Source of the DNA: Epiperipatus broadwayi
Lineage: Eukaryota > Animalia > Onychophora
Length of the DNA stretch: 64,000 bases
Reading direction: 5' to 3'
Assembly: GCA_028023455.1 (NCBI GenBank)
Contig: JAQFVV010000005.1
Coordinates: forward strand, 18,910,001 to 18,974,000
How positions within the stretch are numbered: the stretch's first letter is position 1; each line of letters opens with the position of its first letter. Shown one piece after another: positions 51,281-61,680 of this stretch. The notes under the pieces were generated by a model. It worked only from the letters and a program-made list of their open reading frames with translations, was not told where the DNA came from and searched no databases. Made by a program: the position numbers and the translations under genes.

Positions 51281-53644
51281 TCAAATTTCCCACAATTCTG
51301 TTGTCTTTATATTAGCCGATTGTTTATTCATCAAACCACCTCTATTCCTAGATATCATCATTGCCTCTTTAATTTTACGTTTTTCACTACACCTTTCAAT
51401 TTGAATAATTTTTATATCTCTATTATTAAATTTAAAACCATAATTACATGTTTTATTATGATCAAATATAATTGATGGAGTATTCATATTTACTGAAGAT
51501 ATATTTTCTTTCTGTACACGTTTATATAATGTCTTATGATCATTATATCGTTTTTGTAATGTACATTTGGATTCCCCTATATATTTTATTCCACAACCAC
51601 ATTCCAACATATATATAACAGAACTTAATTCAAACTTAGAAATCTTGGCTTTGGAGTTATTTATCATATCATTTATATTATTTGAAGAGAAAAAAGAAAT
51701 TCTACACAAACCACTAAAAAGTTTATAAATTAATTTAGCTTGTTGATTAGATATAAAAGGAATAGAAATCCATTTATCACTTTTTAATTTACTTAATATT
51801 TTCTTATTATTACTCTTATTTTGATTATATTTTGTAATTGTATTATAAATAATATTCCTTCCATAACCAACATTCAACATATCAGTAATATATACATTAA
51901 TATTTTCAATTTTATCACTAATAAATTTGCACAAATAATCATTTCTAAATAAAAATGACTTCAAACCAGCTAATTTATGACTCATATGAACTTTAGAATT
52001 ATATGGAATATAACCCCTAATTTCCACAGGCTTTAAAATCATATTATAATCAAACACATTATTATTTCTTTTAATAAATATATCTAAAAACTTTATAGAA
52101 TCTTCCTTCTCTTCATTTAACACCCATTTTACATTATTAATCATATTTAACTCATTAAACAAATTAACTATTATTTCATTATGTGCACATATAAATACAT
52201 CATCAACATATCTACAATATACTTTAATTCCTTTATATTTTATCTGAGACAATATCTTAACCTCATAATTAGAAATAAAAAAATTACAAAGCTGTGATAC
52301 CACCGGAAGACCCATTGGCCAACCAAAATTCATTTTATAAAAGCAATCATTAAACCTAACATATATATTATCATTCACAAATCTTAATATTTTAACAATA
52401 AAATTCCTAATATTATTATCTATAGATTTTAAAAACAAAGCTCTTTCAATAATCTCTATTGATTCAATACGATTAATTGAACCATACATTTCAGATATGT
52501 CAAGTGTACACATAACATCATTATTATCAATTTTTATATTTTTAATCCTATTAATAAAATCAAATGATGATGAAATCGTATAATCTCCAAATCCAAGCAC
52601 ATCTTGCATTATTTTTTCAATATATCTACAAGCATTATAATAAAAAACACCACCAAAATCAACAATTACTCTTAATGGATAACAATTTTTATGCAATTTT
52701 ATATTTGCAAAGATTCTTGGAAACACTGCAGACGACGGATATAAACTGTAATATGTCTTTGCATCAATAACTTTTTTCTTTTTAGCAGTCATTAAAATGT
52801 CATTAATAAATTTCATTCTATATGTATCAATATTATTTAATTCACTTTTTTCAAAACAAAGCTTCTTCATTTGATCCATAATTTTCATATTATATTCATC
52901 CTGTTTCATTAGGCACATCCGTAAACCCTTGTCCTCCTTCAAACAAATTAATTTATTACTTTTTAAAAAATTTTTAAATTCATAAATTTGTTTTAACCAA
53001 ACATTATCATTTTGCTTATCAAATGTTTTATTTTTTATTTCATTAATTATTTTATTCCTATCATTTAAATCACAATTTATAACACCAAACGAATATTCAA
53101 TCGCAGCATTTAATTCAATACTAGAATCTTTCCAACCTCCACCGACGTATTTAGATCCAAAATTTAAAATATAACGCTGATTAAAATTCAAATCAACTCC
53201 AGAGATATTCACATAGTTTTGATCACTAAAATTTCTTGGAAACTTTTTATTATACAAATGTTCAATTTTCCTATTAAATTTATCCATCATTTTTGAATGC
53301 AAATTATTAAAACGTATTTGACAAATCTGTTTATATTCATATAAATAATCAATATTATTAACGTAAATAAAATGATTTAATGTTCTTAAATACTTTCTAT
53401 TATAAAACAGCAAATACTTACATTGGTCAATTATATTACGAAGTATTATATTTTTTAGATCATCCATAGATCTCACACTCAATTTACATAACTTATTTAT
53501 TTTAATACAACAACAGTTAGGAAACACTTTAAAAATCCGACAGGAATACAAAAACTTTATTCTGCACTTTAACGTAATAACTTTAACCGTTACTTTCCGC
53601 CATTCCTTTAAAAGCCAAATTCCATTTAATTGCTTTAAATCCAT
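51281..53644 (-). CDS. PLE reverse transcriptase + C-terminal GIY-YIG endonuclease, 787 aa
   Basis: KEDKG, IKLHK..PLRVIV, LDISEMY, GWPMGLP, RYVDD, IKFLDI, VIYMLECGCGIKYIGES, RYNDH, RKIKEAMMI. Confidence 0.93.
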   Translation of the reverse strand: MDLKQLNGIWLLKEWRKVTVKVITLKCRIKFLYSCRIFKVFPNCCCIKINKLCKLSVRSMDDLKNIILRNIIDQCKYLLFYNRKYLRTLNHFIYVNNIDYLYEYKQICQIRFNNLHSKMMDKFNRKIEHLYNKKFPRNFSDQNYVNISGVDLNFNQRYILNFGSKYVGGGWKDSSIELNAAIEYSFGVINCDLNDRNKIINEIKNKTFDKQNDNVWLKQIYEFKNFLKSNKLICLKEDKGLRMCLMKQDEYNMKIMDQMKKLCFEKSELNNIDTYRMKFINDILMTAKKKKVIDAKTYYSLYPSSAVFPRIFANIKLHKNCYPLRVIVDFGGVFYYNACRYIEKIMQDVLGFGDYTISSSFDFINRIKNIKIDNNDVMCTLDISEMYGSINRIESIEIIERALFLKSIDNNIRNFIVKILRFVNDNIYVRFNDCFYKMNFGWPMGLPVVSQLCNFFISNYEVKILSQIKYKGIKVYCRYVDDVFICAHNEIIVNLFNELNMINNVKWVLNEEKEDSIKFLDIFIKRNNNVFDYNMILKPVEIRGYIPYNSKVHMSHKLAGLKSFLFRNDYLCKFISDKIENINVYITDMLNVGYGRNIIYNTITKYNQNKSNNKKILSKLKSDKWISIPFISNQQAKLIYKLFSGLCRISFFSSNNINDMINNSKAKISKFELSSVIYMLECGCGIKYIGESKCTLQKRYNDHKTLYKRVQKENISSVNMNTPSIIFDHNKTCNYGFKFNNRDIKIIQIERCSEKRKIKEAMMISRNRGGLMNKQSANIKTTELWEI

Positions 53645-54115
53645 TTCATATATAAATAACTACAACCATTAAATGTCTGTATTTTTAAATTATATAATAA
53701 TAATTCAAACAAATATATTTAACACAGTATTCAAAATTAAATAATATATTCTTTACCAGAAGTACTTTCAATTGTTTCACTGACAATCTTTATCAACTGT
53801 TAATACAAACGTACAAAAAATAAAAACTTGCATTACCCATCATTCAATCTATTCAAATTTCCCACAATTCTGTTGTCTTTATATTAGCCGATTGTTTATT
53901 CATCAAACCACCTCTATTCCTAGATATCATCATTGCCTCTTTAATTTTACGTTTTTCACTACACCTTTCAATTTGAATAATTTTTATATCTCTATTATTA
54001 AATTTAAAACCATAATTACATGTTTTATTATGATCAAATATAATTGATGAGTATTCATATTTACTGAAGATATATTTTCTTTCTTACACTTTATATAATT
54101 CTTATGATCATTATA
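53645..54115 (-). repeat. 5' pseudo-LTR of the - array (shorter ORF 3' end plus UTR)
   Basis: Copy of ~51073-51545 at offset 2572. Confidence 0.9.
53753..53803 (-). ncRNA. Same variant hammerhead, 5' pLTR of the - array
   Basis: Reverse complement of 54881-54931. Confidence 0.7.
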
Positions 54116-54116
54116 T

Positions 54117-55039
54117 AATCTAAAGTTCATATGAGTCATAAATTAGCGGTGAAGCATTTTTATTTAGAAATGATTATTTGTGCAAATTTATTAGTGATAA
54201 AATTGAAAATATTAATGTATATATTACTGATATGTTGAATGTTGGTTATGGAAGGAATATTATTTATAATACAATTACAAAATATAATCAAAATAAGAGT
54301 AATAATAAGAAAATATTAAGTAAATTAAAAAGTGATAAATGGATTTCTATTCCTTTTATATCTAATCAACAAGCTAAATTAATTTATAAACTTTTTAGTG
54401 GTTTGTGTAGAATTTCTTTTTTCTCTTCAAATAATATAAATGATATGATAAATAACTCCAAAGCCAAGATTTCTAAGTTTGAATTAAGTTCTGTTATATA
54501 TATGTTGGAATGTGGTTGTGGAATAAAATATATAGGGGAATCCAAATGTACATTACAAAAACGATATAATGATCATAAGACATTATATAAACGTGTACAG
54601 AAAGAAAATATATCTTCAGTAAATATGAATACTCCATCAATTATATTTGATCATAATAAAACATGTAATTATGGTTTTAAATTTAATAATAGAGATATAA
54701 AAATTATTCAAATTGAAAGGTGTAGTGAAAAACGTAAAATTAAAGAGGCAATGATGATATCTAGGAATAGAGGTGGTTTGATGAATAAACAATCGGCTAA
54801 TATAAAGACAACAGAATTGTGGGAAATTTGAATAGATTGAATGATGGGTAATGCAAGTTTTTATTTTTTGTACGTTTGTATTAACAGTTGATAAAGATTG
54901 TCAGTGAAACAATTGAAAGTACTTCTGGTAAAGAATATATTATTTAATTTTGAATACTGTGTTAAATATATTTGTTTGAATTATTATTATATAATTTAAA
55001 AATACAGACATTTAATGGTTGTAGTTATTTATATATGAA
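54117..55039 (+). repeat. 5' pseudo-LTR of the + array (duplicated ORF 3' end plus UTR)
   Basis: Copy of ~56690-57570; contains the 217-aa partial ORF 54178-54831. Confidence 0.9.
54881..54931 (+). ncRNA. Putative variant hammerhead ribozyme (U3-A8 core) in the PLE pLTR
   Basis: TTAACAG-TTGATAA-A-GATTGT-cagtgaa-ACAATT-GAAA-GTAC-TT-CTGGTAA. Stem I 6 of 7 pairs, stem II 6 bp, palindromic AAGTACTT stem III. Confidence 0.7.
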
Positions 55040-57403
55040 ATGGATTTAAAGCAATTAAATGGAATTTGGCTTTTAAAGGAATGGCGGAAAGTAACGGTTA
55101 AAGTTATTACGTTAAAGTGCAGAATAAAGTTTTTGTATTCCTGTCGGATTTTTAAAGTGTTTCCTAACTGTTGTTGTATTAAAATAAATAAGTTATGTAA
55201 ATTGAGTGTGAGATCTATGGATGATCTAAAAAATATAATACTTCGTAATATAATTGACCAATGTAAGTATTTGCTGTTTTATAATAGAAAGTATTTAAGA
55301 ACATTAAATCATTTTATTTACGTTAATAATATTGATTATTTATATGAATATAAACAGATTTGTCAAATACGTTTTAATAATTTGCATTCAAAAATGATGG
55401 ATAAATTTAATAGGAAAATTGAACATTTGTATAATAAAAAGTTTCCAAGAAATTTTAGTGATCAAAACTATGTGAATATCTCTGGAGTTGATTTGAATTT
55501 TAATCAGCGTTATATTTTAAATTTTGGATCTAAATACGTCGGTGGAGGTTGGAAAGATTCTAGTATTGAATTAAATGCTGCGATTGAATATTCGTTTGGT
55601 GTTATAAATTGTGATTTAAATGATAGGAATAAAATAATTAATGAAATAAAAAATAAAACATTTGATAAGCAAAATGATAATGTTTGGTTAAAACAAATTT
55701 ATGAATTTAAAAATTTTTTAAAAAGTAATAAATTAATTTGTTTGAAGGAGGACAAGGGTTTACGGATGTGCCTAATGAAACAGGATGAATATAATATGAA
55801 AATTATGGATCAAATGAAGAAGCTTTGTTTTGAAAAAAGTGAATTAAATAATATTGATACATATAGAATGAAATTTATTAATGACATTTTAATGACTGCT
55901 AAAAAGAAAAAAGTTATTGATGCAAAGACATATTACAGTTTATATCCGTCGTCTGCAGTGTTTCCAAGAATCTTTGCAAATATAAAATTGCATAAAAATT
56001 GTTATCCATTAAGAGTAATTGTTGATTTTGGTGGTGTTTTTTATTATAATGCTTGTAGATATATTGAAAAAATAATGCAAGATGTGCTTGGATTTGGAGA
56101 TTATACGATTTCATCATCATTTGATTTTATTAATAGGATTAAAAATATAAAAATTGATAATAATGATGTTATGTGTACACTTGACATATCTGAAATGTAT
56201 GGTTCAATTAATCGTATTGAATCAATAGAGATTATTGAAAGAGCTTTGTTTTTAAAATCTATAGATAATAATATTAGGAATTTTATTGTTAAAATATTAA
56301 GATTTGTGAATGATAATATATATGTTAGGTTTAATGATTGCTTTTATAAAATGAATTTTGGTTGGCCAATGGGTCTTCCGGTGGTATCACAGCTTTGTAA
56401 TTTTTTTATTTCTAATTATGAGGTTAAGATATTGTCTCAGATAAAATATAAAGGAATTAAAGTATATTGTAGATATGTTGATGATGTATTTATATGTGCA
56501 CATAATGAAATAATAGTTAATTTGTTTAATGAGTTAAATATGATTAATAATGTAAAATGGGTGTTAAATGAAGAGAAGGAAGATTCTATAAAGTTTTTAG
56601 ATATATTTATTAAAAGAAATAATAATGTGTTTGATTATAATATGATTTTAAAGCCTGTGGAAATTAGGGGTTATATTCCATATAATTCTAAAGTTCATAT
56701 GAGTCATAAATTAGCTGGTTTGAAGTCATTTTTATTTAGAAATGATTATTTGTGCAAATTTATTAGTGATAAAATTGAAAATATTAATGTATATATTACT
56801 GATATGTTGAATGTTGGTTATGGAAGGAATATTATTTATAATACAATTACAAAATATAATCAAAATAAGAGTAATAATAAGAAAATATTAAGTAAATTAA
56901 AAAGTGATAAATGGATTTCTATTCCTTTTATATCTAATCAACAAGCTAAATTAATTTATAAACTTTTTAGTGGTTTGTGTAGAATTTCTTTTTTCTCTTC
57001 AAATAATATAAATGATATGATAAATAACTCCAAAGCCAAGATTTCTAAGTTTGAATTAAGTTCTGTTATATATATGTTGGAATGTGGTTGTGGAATAAAA
57101 TATATAGGGGAATCCAAATGTACATTACAAAAACGATATAATGATCATAAGACATTATATAAACGTGTACAGAAAGAAAATATATCTTCAGTAAATATGA
57201 ATACTCCATCAATTATATTTGATCATAATAAAACATGTAATTATGGTTTTAAATTTAATAATAGAGATATAAAAATTATTCAAATTGAAAGGTGTAGTGA
57301 AAAACGTAAAATTAAAGAGGCAATGATGATATCTAGGAATAGAGGTGGTTTGATGAATAAACAATCGGCTAATATAAAGACAACAGAATTGTGGGAAATT
57401 TGA
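55040..57403 (+). CDS. PLE reverse transcriptase + GIY-YIG endonuclease, 787 aa (identical protein to 51281-53644)
   Basis: Same motifs; identical translation in the ORF track. Confidence 0.93.
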   Translation: MDLKQLNGIWLLKEWRKVTVKVITLKCRIKFLYSCRIFKVFPNCCCIKINKLCKLSVRSMDDLKNIILRNIIDQCKYLLFYNRKYLRTLNHFIYVNNIDYLYEYKQICQIRFNNLHSKMMDKFNRKIEHLYNKKFPRNFSDQNYVNISGVDLNFNQRYILNFGSKYVGGGWKDSSIELNAAIEYSFGVINCDLNDRNKIINEIKNKTFDKQNDNVWLKQIYEFKNFLKSNKLICLKEDKGLRMCLMKQDEYNMKIMDQMKKLCFEKSELNNIDTYRMKFINDILMTAKKKKVIDAKTYYSLYPSSAVFPRIFANIKLHKNCYPLRVIVDFGGVFYYNACRYIEKIMQDVLGFGDYTISSSFDFINRIKNIKIDNNDVMCTLDISEMYGSINRIESIEIIERALFLKSIDNNIRNFIVKILRFVNDNIYVRFNDCFYKMNFGWPMGLPVVSQLCNFFISNYEVKILSQIKYKGIKVYCRYVDDVFICAHNEIIVNLFNELNMINNVKWVLNEEKEDSIKFLDIFIKRNNNVFDYNMILKPVEIRGYIPYNSKVHMSHKLAGLKSFLFRNDYLCKFISDKIENINVYITDMLNVGYGRNIIYNTITKYNQNKSNNKKILSKLKSDKWISIPFISNQQAKLIYKLFSGLCRISFFSSNNINDMINNSKAKISKFELSSVIYMLECGCGIKYIGESKCTLQKRYNDHKTLYKRVQKENISSVNMNTPSIIFDHNKTCNYGFKFNNRDIKIIQIERCSEKRKIKEAMMISRNRGGLMNKQSANIKTTELWEI

Positions 57404-57452
57404 ATAGATTGAATGATGGGTAATGCAAGTTTTTATTTTTTGTACGTTTGTA

Positions 57453-57503
57453 TTAACAGTTGATAAAGATTGTCAGTGAAACAATTGAAAGTACTTCTGG
57501 TAA
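57453..57503 (+). ncRNA. Same variant hammerhead, 3' pLTR of the + array
   Basis: Identical sequence to 54881-54931. Confidence 0.7.
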
Positions 57504-58334
57504 AGAATATATTATTTAATTTTGAATACTGTGTTAAATATATTTGTTTGAATTATTAATATATATATACTACTGACCTCTTGTTTTTCAATACCTTGAT
57601 GATCTCTTTATTTTACTTAACCTAGGTGACCTCAGTTTATTTTAATTACATTTAATTTTCAAAATACCATAATTATTTAACTGATTGAATTTTTATCTTG
57701 TTTTCAAATTTCTTAGCTCCAAACACAAAACCAGTCTGCTTTTTAATTATCCTATTTTTCATTCTTTTATTACATGAAAACCACTCTTTATATTGGATAA
57801 GTAGGTACTAGATAGGTGTTTTATGCACAAACCTTCCTGCACCCATTGATTACTCTGGCTTGCATGAGTGGTGCTATTTTATGAAGTTTTGCCTCTGTTT
57901 CTTTATTTTATTTACCAAATGTAATTTTTTTAAAATTAAACTTTTAATATCTATTTTCATTAATATTAGTGTAACTAATAGTTGTTTTTGTAATAAACAA
58001 CTTATAAGAACATGGATTAGAACATATTCTTTTAAATAGATTTTTCTAATTCTAAGTTTTAGTCTTTGATAAGAAAAACTGGCTATACTGTTTTAACCTA
58101 CTTTATTATATAGTTTCTTCTAAATTTAATCACTTATAATAAAGTCTATTTATTAAAATAATATTTTTAAATAATAATTCTTTATGAAATTTCAACTTTA
58201 CTTTATAATAAAACCTATTACATTATTTAAACTTATTTTAAAATATTACTTTTAATAAACCCTTATAAAATATCAACTTTATTTCCTAATTTTAAAAATT
58301 TATTCAAAGTTATTTTTATTATATATATATATAT

Positions 58335-58466
58335 TGTGACAGTCAGTCTTAAAGACTGGCACAAAGATGGCTGCAAGCATAGTTGCAGTCTGAATAAACA
58401 TATATATATAAAAGAAATAATAAAAGGTTGGTCTGTGTACGTATACTTTCTCTTCGTTTGCTCACA
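58335..58466 (+). repeat. Possible 132 bp mini solo LTR
   Basis: TGTGA...TCACA termini, internal AATAAA, inserted after (TA)n. No partner copy and no clean TSD. Confidence 0.3.
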
Positions 58467-59048
58467 AAATAGATTTTAAATTAAAAAAAAGATAAATGGT
58501 GACGATACATTTTAAATGTACAATCATATACATTTAAAGTGAAATGCATATTTTTTTTCTGTTTTAATAAATGTATCATTTTGATATGGTGGAAGGGATA
58601 TAAAATTGTACTGGGAAAGTTAAATGTAAATAACCCAGCAACTAAATATGTTTTCTTTTTAAATTATCAAATTTCGATGTATATTTTTATTTTTGGATTA
58701 TGTGTTGAAAATAAATTTATGTACAAAGTTTTTAAAATAATGTTAACCTTGTTACAAGACGTAATCTTTATAAAATTTTTGTTTTCTTGGTTAATTATGG
58801 TTTTAATGACCGCAGGCAAGCCAGTGATTTCTCTCTTTTGTTATAGTATTTTTAGAGAAATTGTAAAAGCATATGAATAGTCATTTGGCTTGACACCTGC
58901 AGATTAAAAATTAATTAAAACATGGGATAGGAATGTAAATTGCTAATGGTCTAAAAAAAAATTCCTAAACAGATTTAAAAAGAAAAAATGTAGTTTAATT
59001 AAACTAATTAAAAAAATCGAAAACAGCAATAGGTTGTAGAGGGGACCC

Positions 59049-60181
59049 TGTAATGAGGGAGATATATGTGCTGATCAGGTGATATAGGGGATTATGATTG
59101 TAAATTGATTCATTTAGTCAGTTCGACATATTGAATTCAGTTGAGTTGAAGACAGGCAGTTCAATATGTGAAGTTAAAAGCAAGTGACTTATTTTTGTTG
59201 ATGATCGGTGCAAGCATTCATTTATGCAGAGAATGTTCTTTTTGTGACTTCATTTGAATTTACTGAGACGTTTGATTTTGCTTTATAATTAGCAGCAAAG
59301 AGTATATAATTGACAGTAAAAATTTCAAAGTCATTGCAAGCTGTAATCTCGTCTAATCTGAAGAAATAAAGAACTGCAAATAGAAATCTATAAAGGAATC
59401 AGGAATGTAACCAGAAAAGTTTGCTGAAAGAAACAGATTTGAGGGAATCATTAAAAAAATATCGCCAGTTATTTAAAGAATTAATAAAATAATTTCAACG
59501 AGAAACCATCATAACGGGGAGTAATTTGAAATAGAAGTTGAAGACGTCTAACCACAGCCAGAAGACGCAGTTAAAAATCACTTAAAACCGAAGTTCAGCA
59601 CAAAAATGGAAAAAATAAAATCAAGACTGAATAGTATGGCCCCAGTGAACATGGAGTAGAGAACCCGCTTCGGTGCATTCGCACTGCTCAAGACCTATGT
59701 AACCACCAAGTTATGTGACTCTGTCCATTCGAAAAATGTAGCTGCCTACGAACTATTTTGCCTGCCATCCATAGAAGAGACCCCTTCAGTTGCCTGCTCA
59801 GGATGTATATATCTCCTTCAGAAGCCCTCAGCCCAGAAGAAAACGAAATCTACGGGAAGTAAAACCCTTTATAATTCTAAACATAATTATTTTGTGTGTG
59901 TGTGTGTGATTTAAATATTTTTACGAATGATTTGTTTTCATCTTTATTGTTGTAGCTATAATTAGATAGTGAAAATTTACGTAACCTTTTATATGTATTT
60001 GACCAATGATTTTATTATTATTTCTATATGTGATTCAATAGATTTTATAACCAAGATCAATTTTAGTATAGTATGAATGTTTTAGATTAATGATTTAAGG
60101 GAGGTAAATTACTCGTAAAGTTAGATACACACAAGTGGGAGGCATTAGCCTGTTTGCCCATTTTAGTTTTATTTTATTACA
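59049..60181 (+). mobile_element. Probable LTR (~1.13 kb) followed by a PBS-like motif and a leader region
   Basis: TGTAAT...ATTACA inverted termini; purine tract before and tRNA-complementary motif 5 nt after; more CpG-rich than the flanks. No second copy in the window. Confidence 0.5.
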
Positions 60182-61540
60182 TAAATATCCGCTACGGGCA
60201 GGATAAATGTACAGTCAATAACTGGTCTTTCTTTAAGAATGTATCATACAAAGAAATGGGTCATTAAATCTACCTTCTCATACAGTTGAAAGACTATGGA
60301 ATGCGTGCGTTCATTTATAAATAACTCTATCTTTTTAATCCGCCACGTGCAGAATTCAATACGTTATAATCTACCGCAAATTCATTTCGATTAGTATAAA
60401 TTTATTCCATCCGCTACGTGCAGGATAATAATGATAGTAATAGTAAAAAAAATAAGGGAATAAATAAGTCTATTAGTTCCTTGTTTGATCCGCTACGGGC
60501 AGGACATTGAGGAACTCTCTTATTCAAATATAAATTGCGGTTAAATAATAACACCAGATAATAAATTTTTATTAAATTAAGAAAAAAGACAGAGGGTTTT
60601 TAATGAAACACGTATCTACCATGGATCGTATATATATTGAAATCACGTATAAAATATATCCTATCAAATGCTGTAGTGTGTGCAAACAAAGATGAAACTT
60701 AGACCATCCTATCCCATGGGGTAAATATTTAATGATTTTAAATTGGGGTTTTTGATTAAAATTTCATAGTGTGTTTTGTATTTAAATATTTCTGTTGTTA
60801 TTTATTTGTAATATTATAAAATTAAGGGCTAAATAAATGCGGAGATAAAATATTAAACTTTTAACGTTGTGCTGTGTAATTAGTTAAGATTTTATCGTTT
60901 ATCCTCCTTTATTAGCTAAGCAACAAACCAATTTCCCGAGATAAAGAGTAGATGAGCTAGCCTGGGATTAATCTCTATCGGGACATAGAGTAATTCCTTA
61001 GAAGATCCATCTTTCTAGTGATGTATTAAGTAAAGCATCTATATTATTGATTTTATTAAGTCAAAAAGGGACTAACCCTTATCTAAATTATGCAGTCATA
61101 TCCCTCTGGGGAGGGAGCAATCTTTTCTCAGAGGTGGCGCGTAAAGGTCTTGGTGAACCAGATCTTTCAAAGGTATGAGTGTAGTAATTTACTTTTATGA
61201 TGCAATTCTAGAAAATAATAAATGATGGTGTCTAACTGAATACCTACAATCGTTGCTCTGTTACATAACACGCATTCCATGCTCAATGTGTGTAGATATA
61301 CGTAAGAGGCGTAAACGGACCGGTACAATATATTTTTATAATGCTATTCTCACAATTATTTCAGCTCACTACCATGTGTAAGATCATATGGCTGACAATG
61401 AAATAGACAAGACTATCCATTCCAATATGCATTAGATAATAAATTGTGGAGTTAAATAAATGTATTAAAGAAAAAATGAGCAGACTTCTTTTTTAATGAC
61501 AGAAATTAAAAGCAAATTAAATATTTTTGGAAGCTTATAA

Positions 61541-61680
61541 TCATCATCAACCATTATCAATCCACTGCAGGATGAAGGTCTCTCCAAGTTTAATCCATCT
61601 TTTCCGATCTTTAGCTTCTCTTCTCCACATCACCCCTGCAAACTTTCTTATTTCATCCATCCATCCATCTCACATGTGGT
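61541..61680 (-). mobile_element. 3' end fragment of the same RTE LINE family
   Basis: Reverse complement matches ~40680-40814, including the (GAT)n tail. Confidence 0.85.

Larger units (their letters stand above)
51070..57570. mobile_element. Head-to-head doublet of an intact Penelope-like element
   Basis: Two divergent arrays, each [partial ORF 3' end + UTR][full ORF + UTR] with a 2572 bp repeat offset. Inversion junction at ~54113-54116; both outer ends lie in (TA)n. Confidence 0.93.

Noticed and set aside
51281-57403. Naiad/Chlamys-type (N-terminal endonuclease, selenoprotein) PLE
   Set aside because: The GIY-YIG domain is C-terminal and the ORF has no in-frame TGA.
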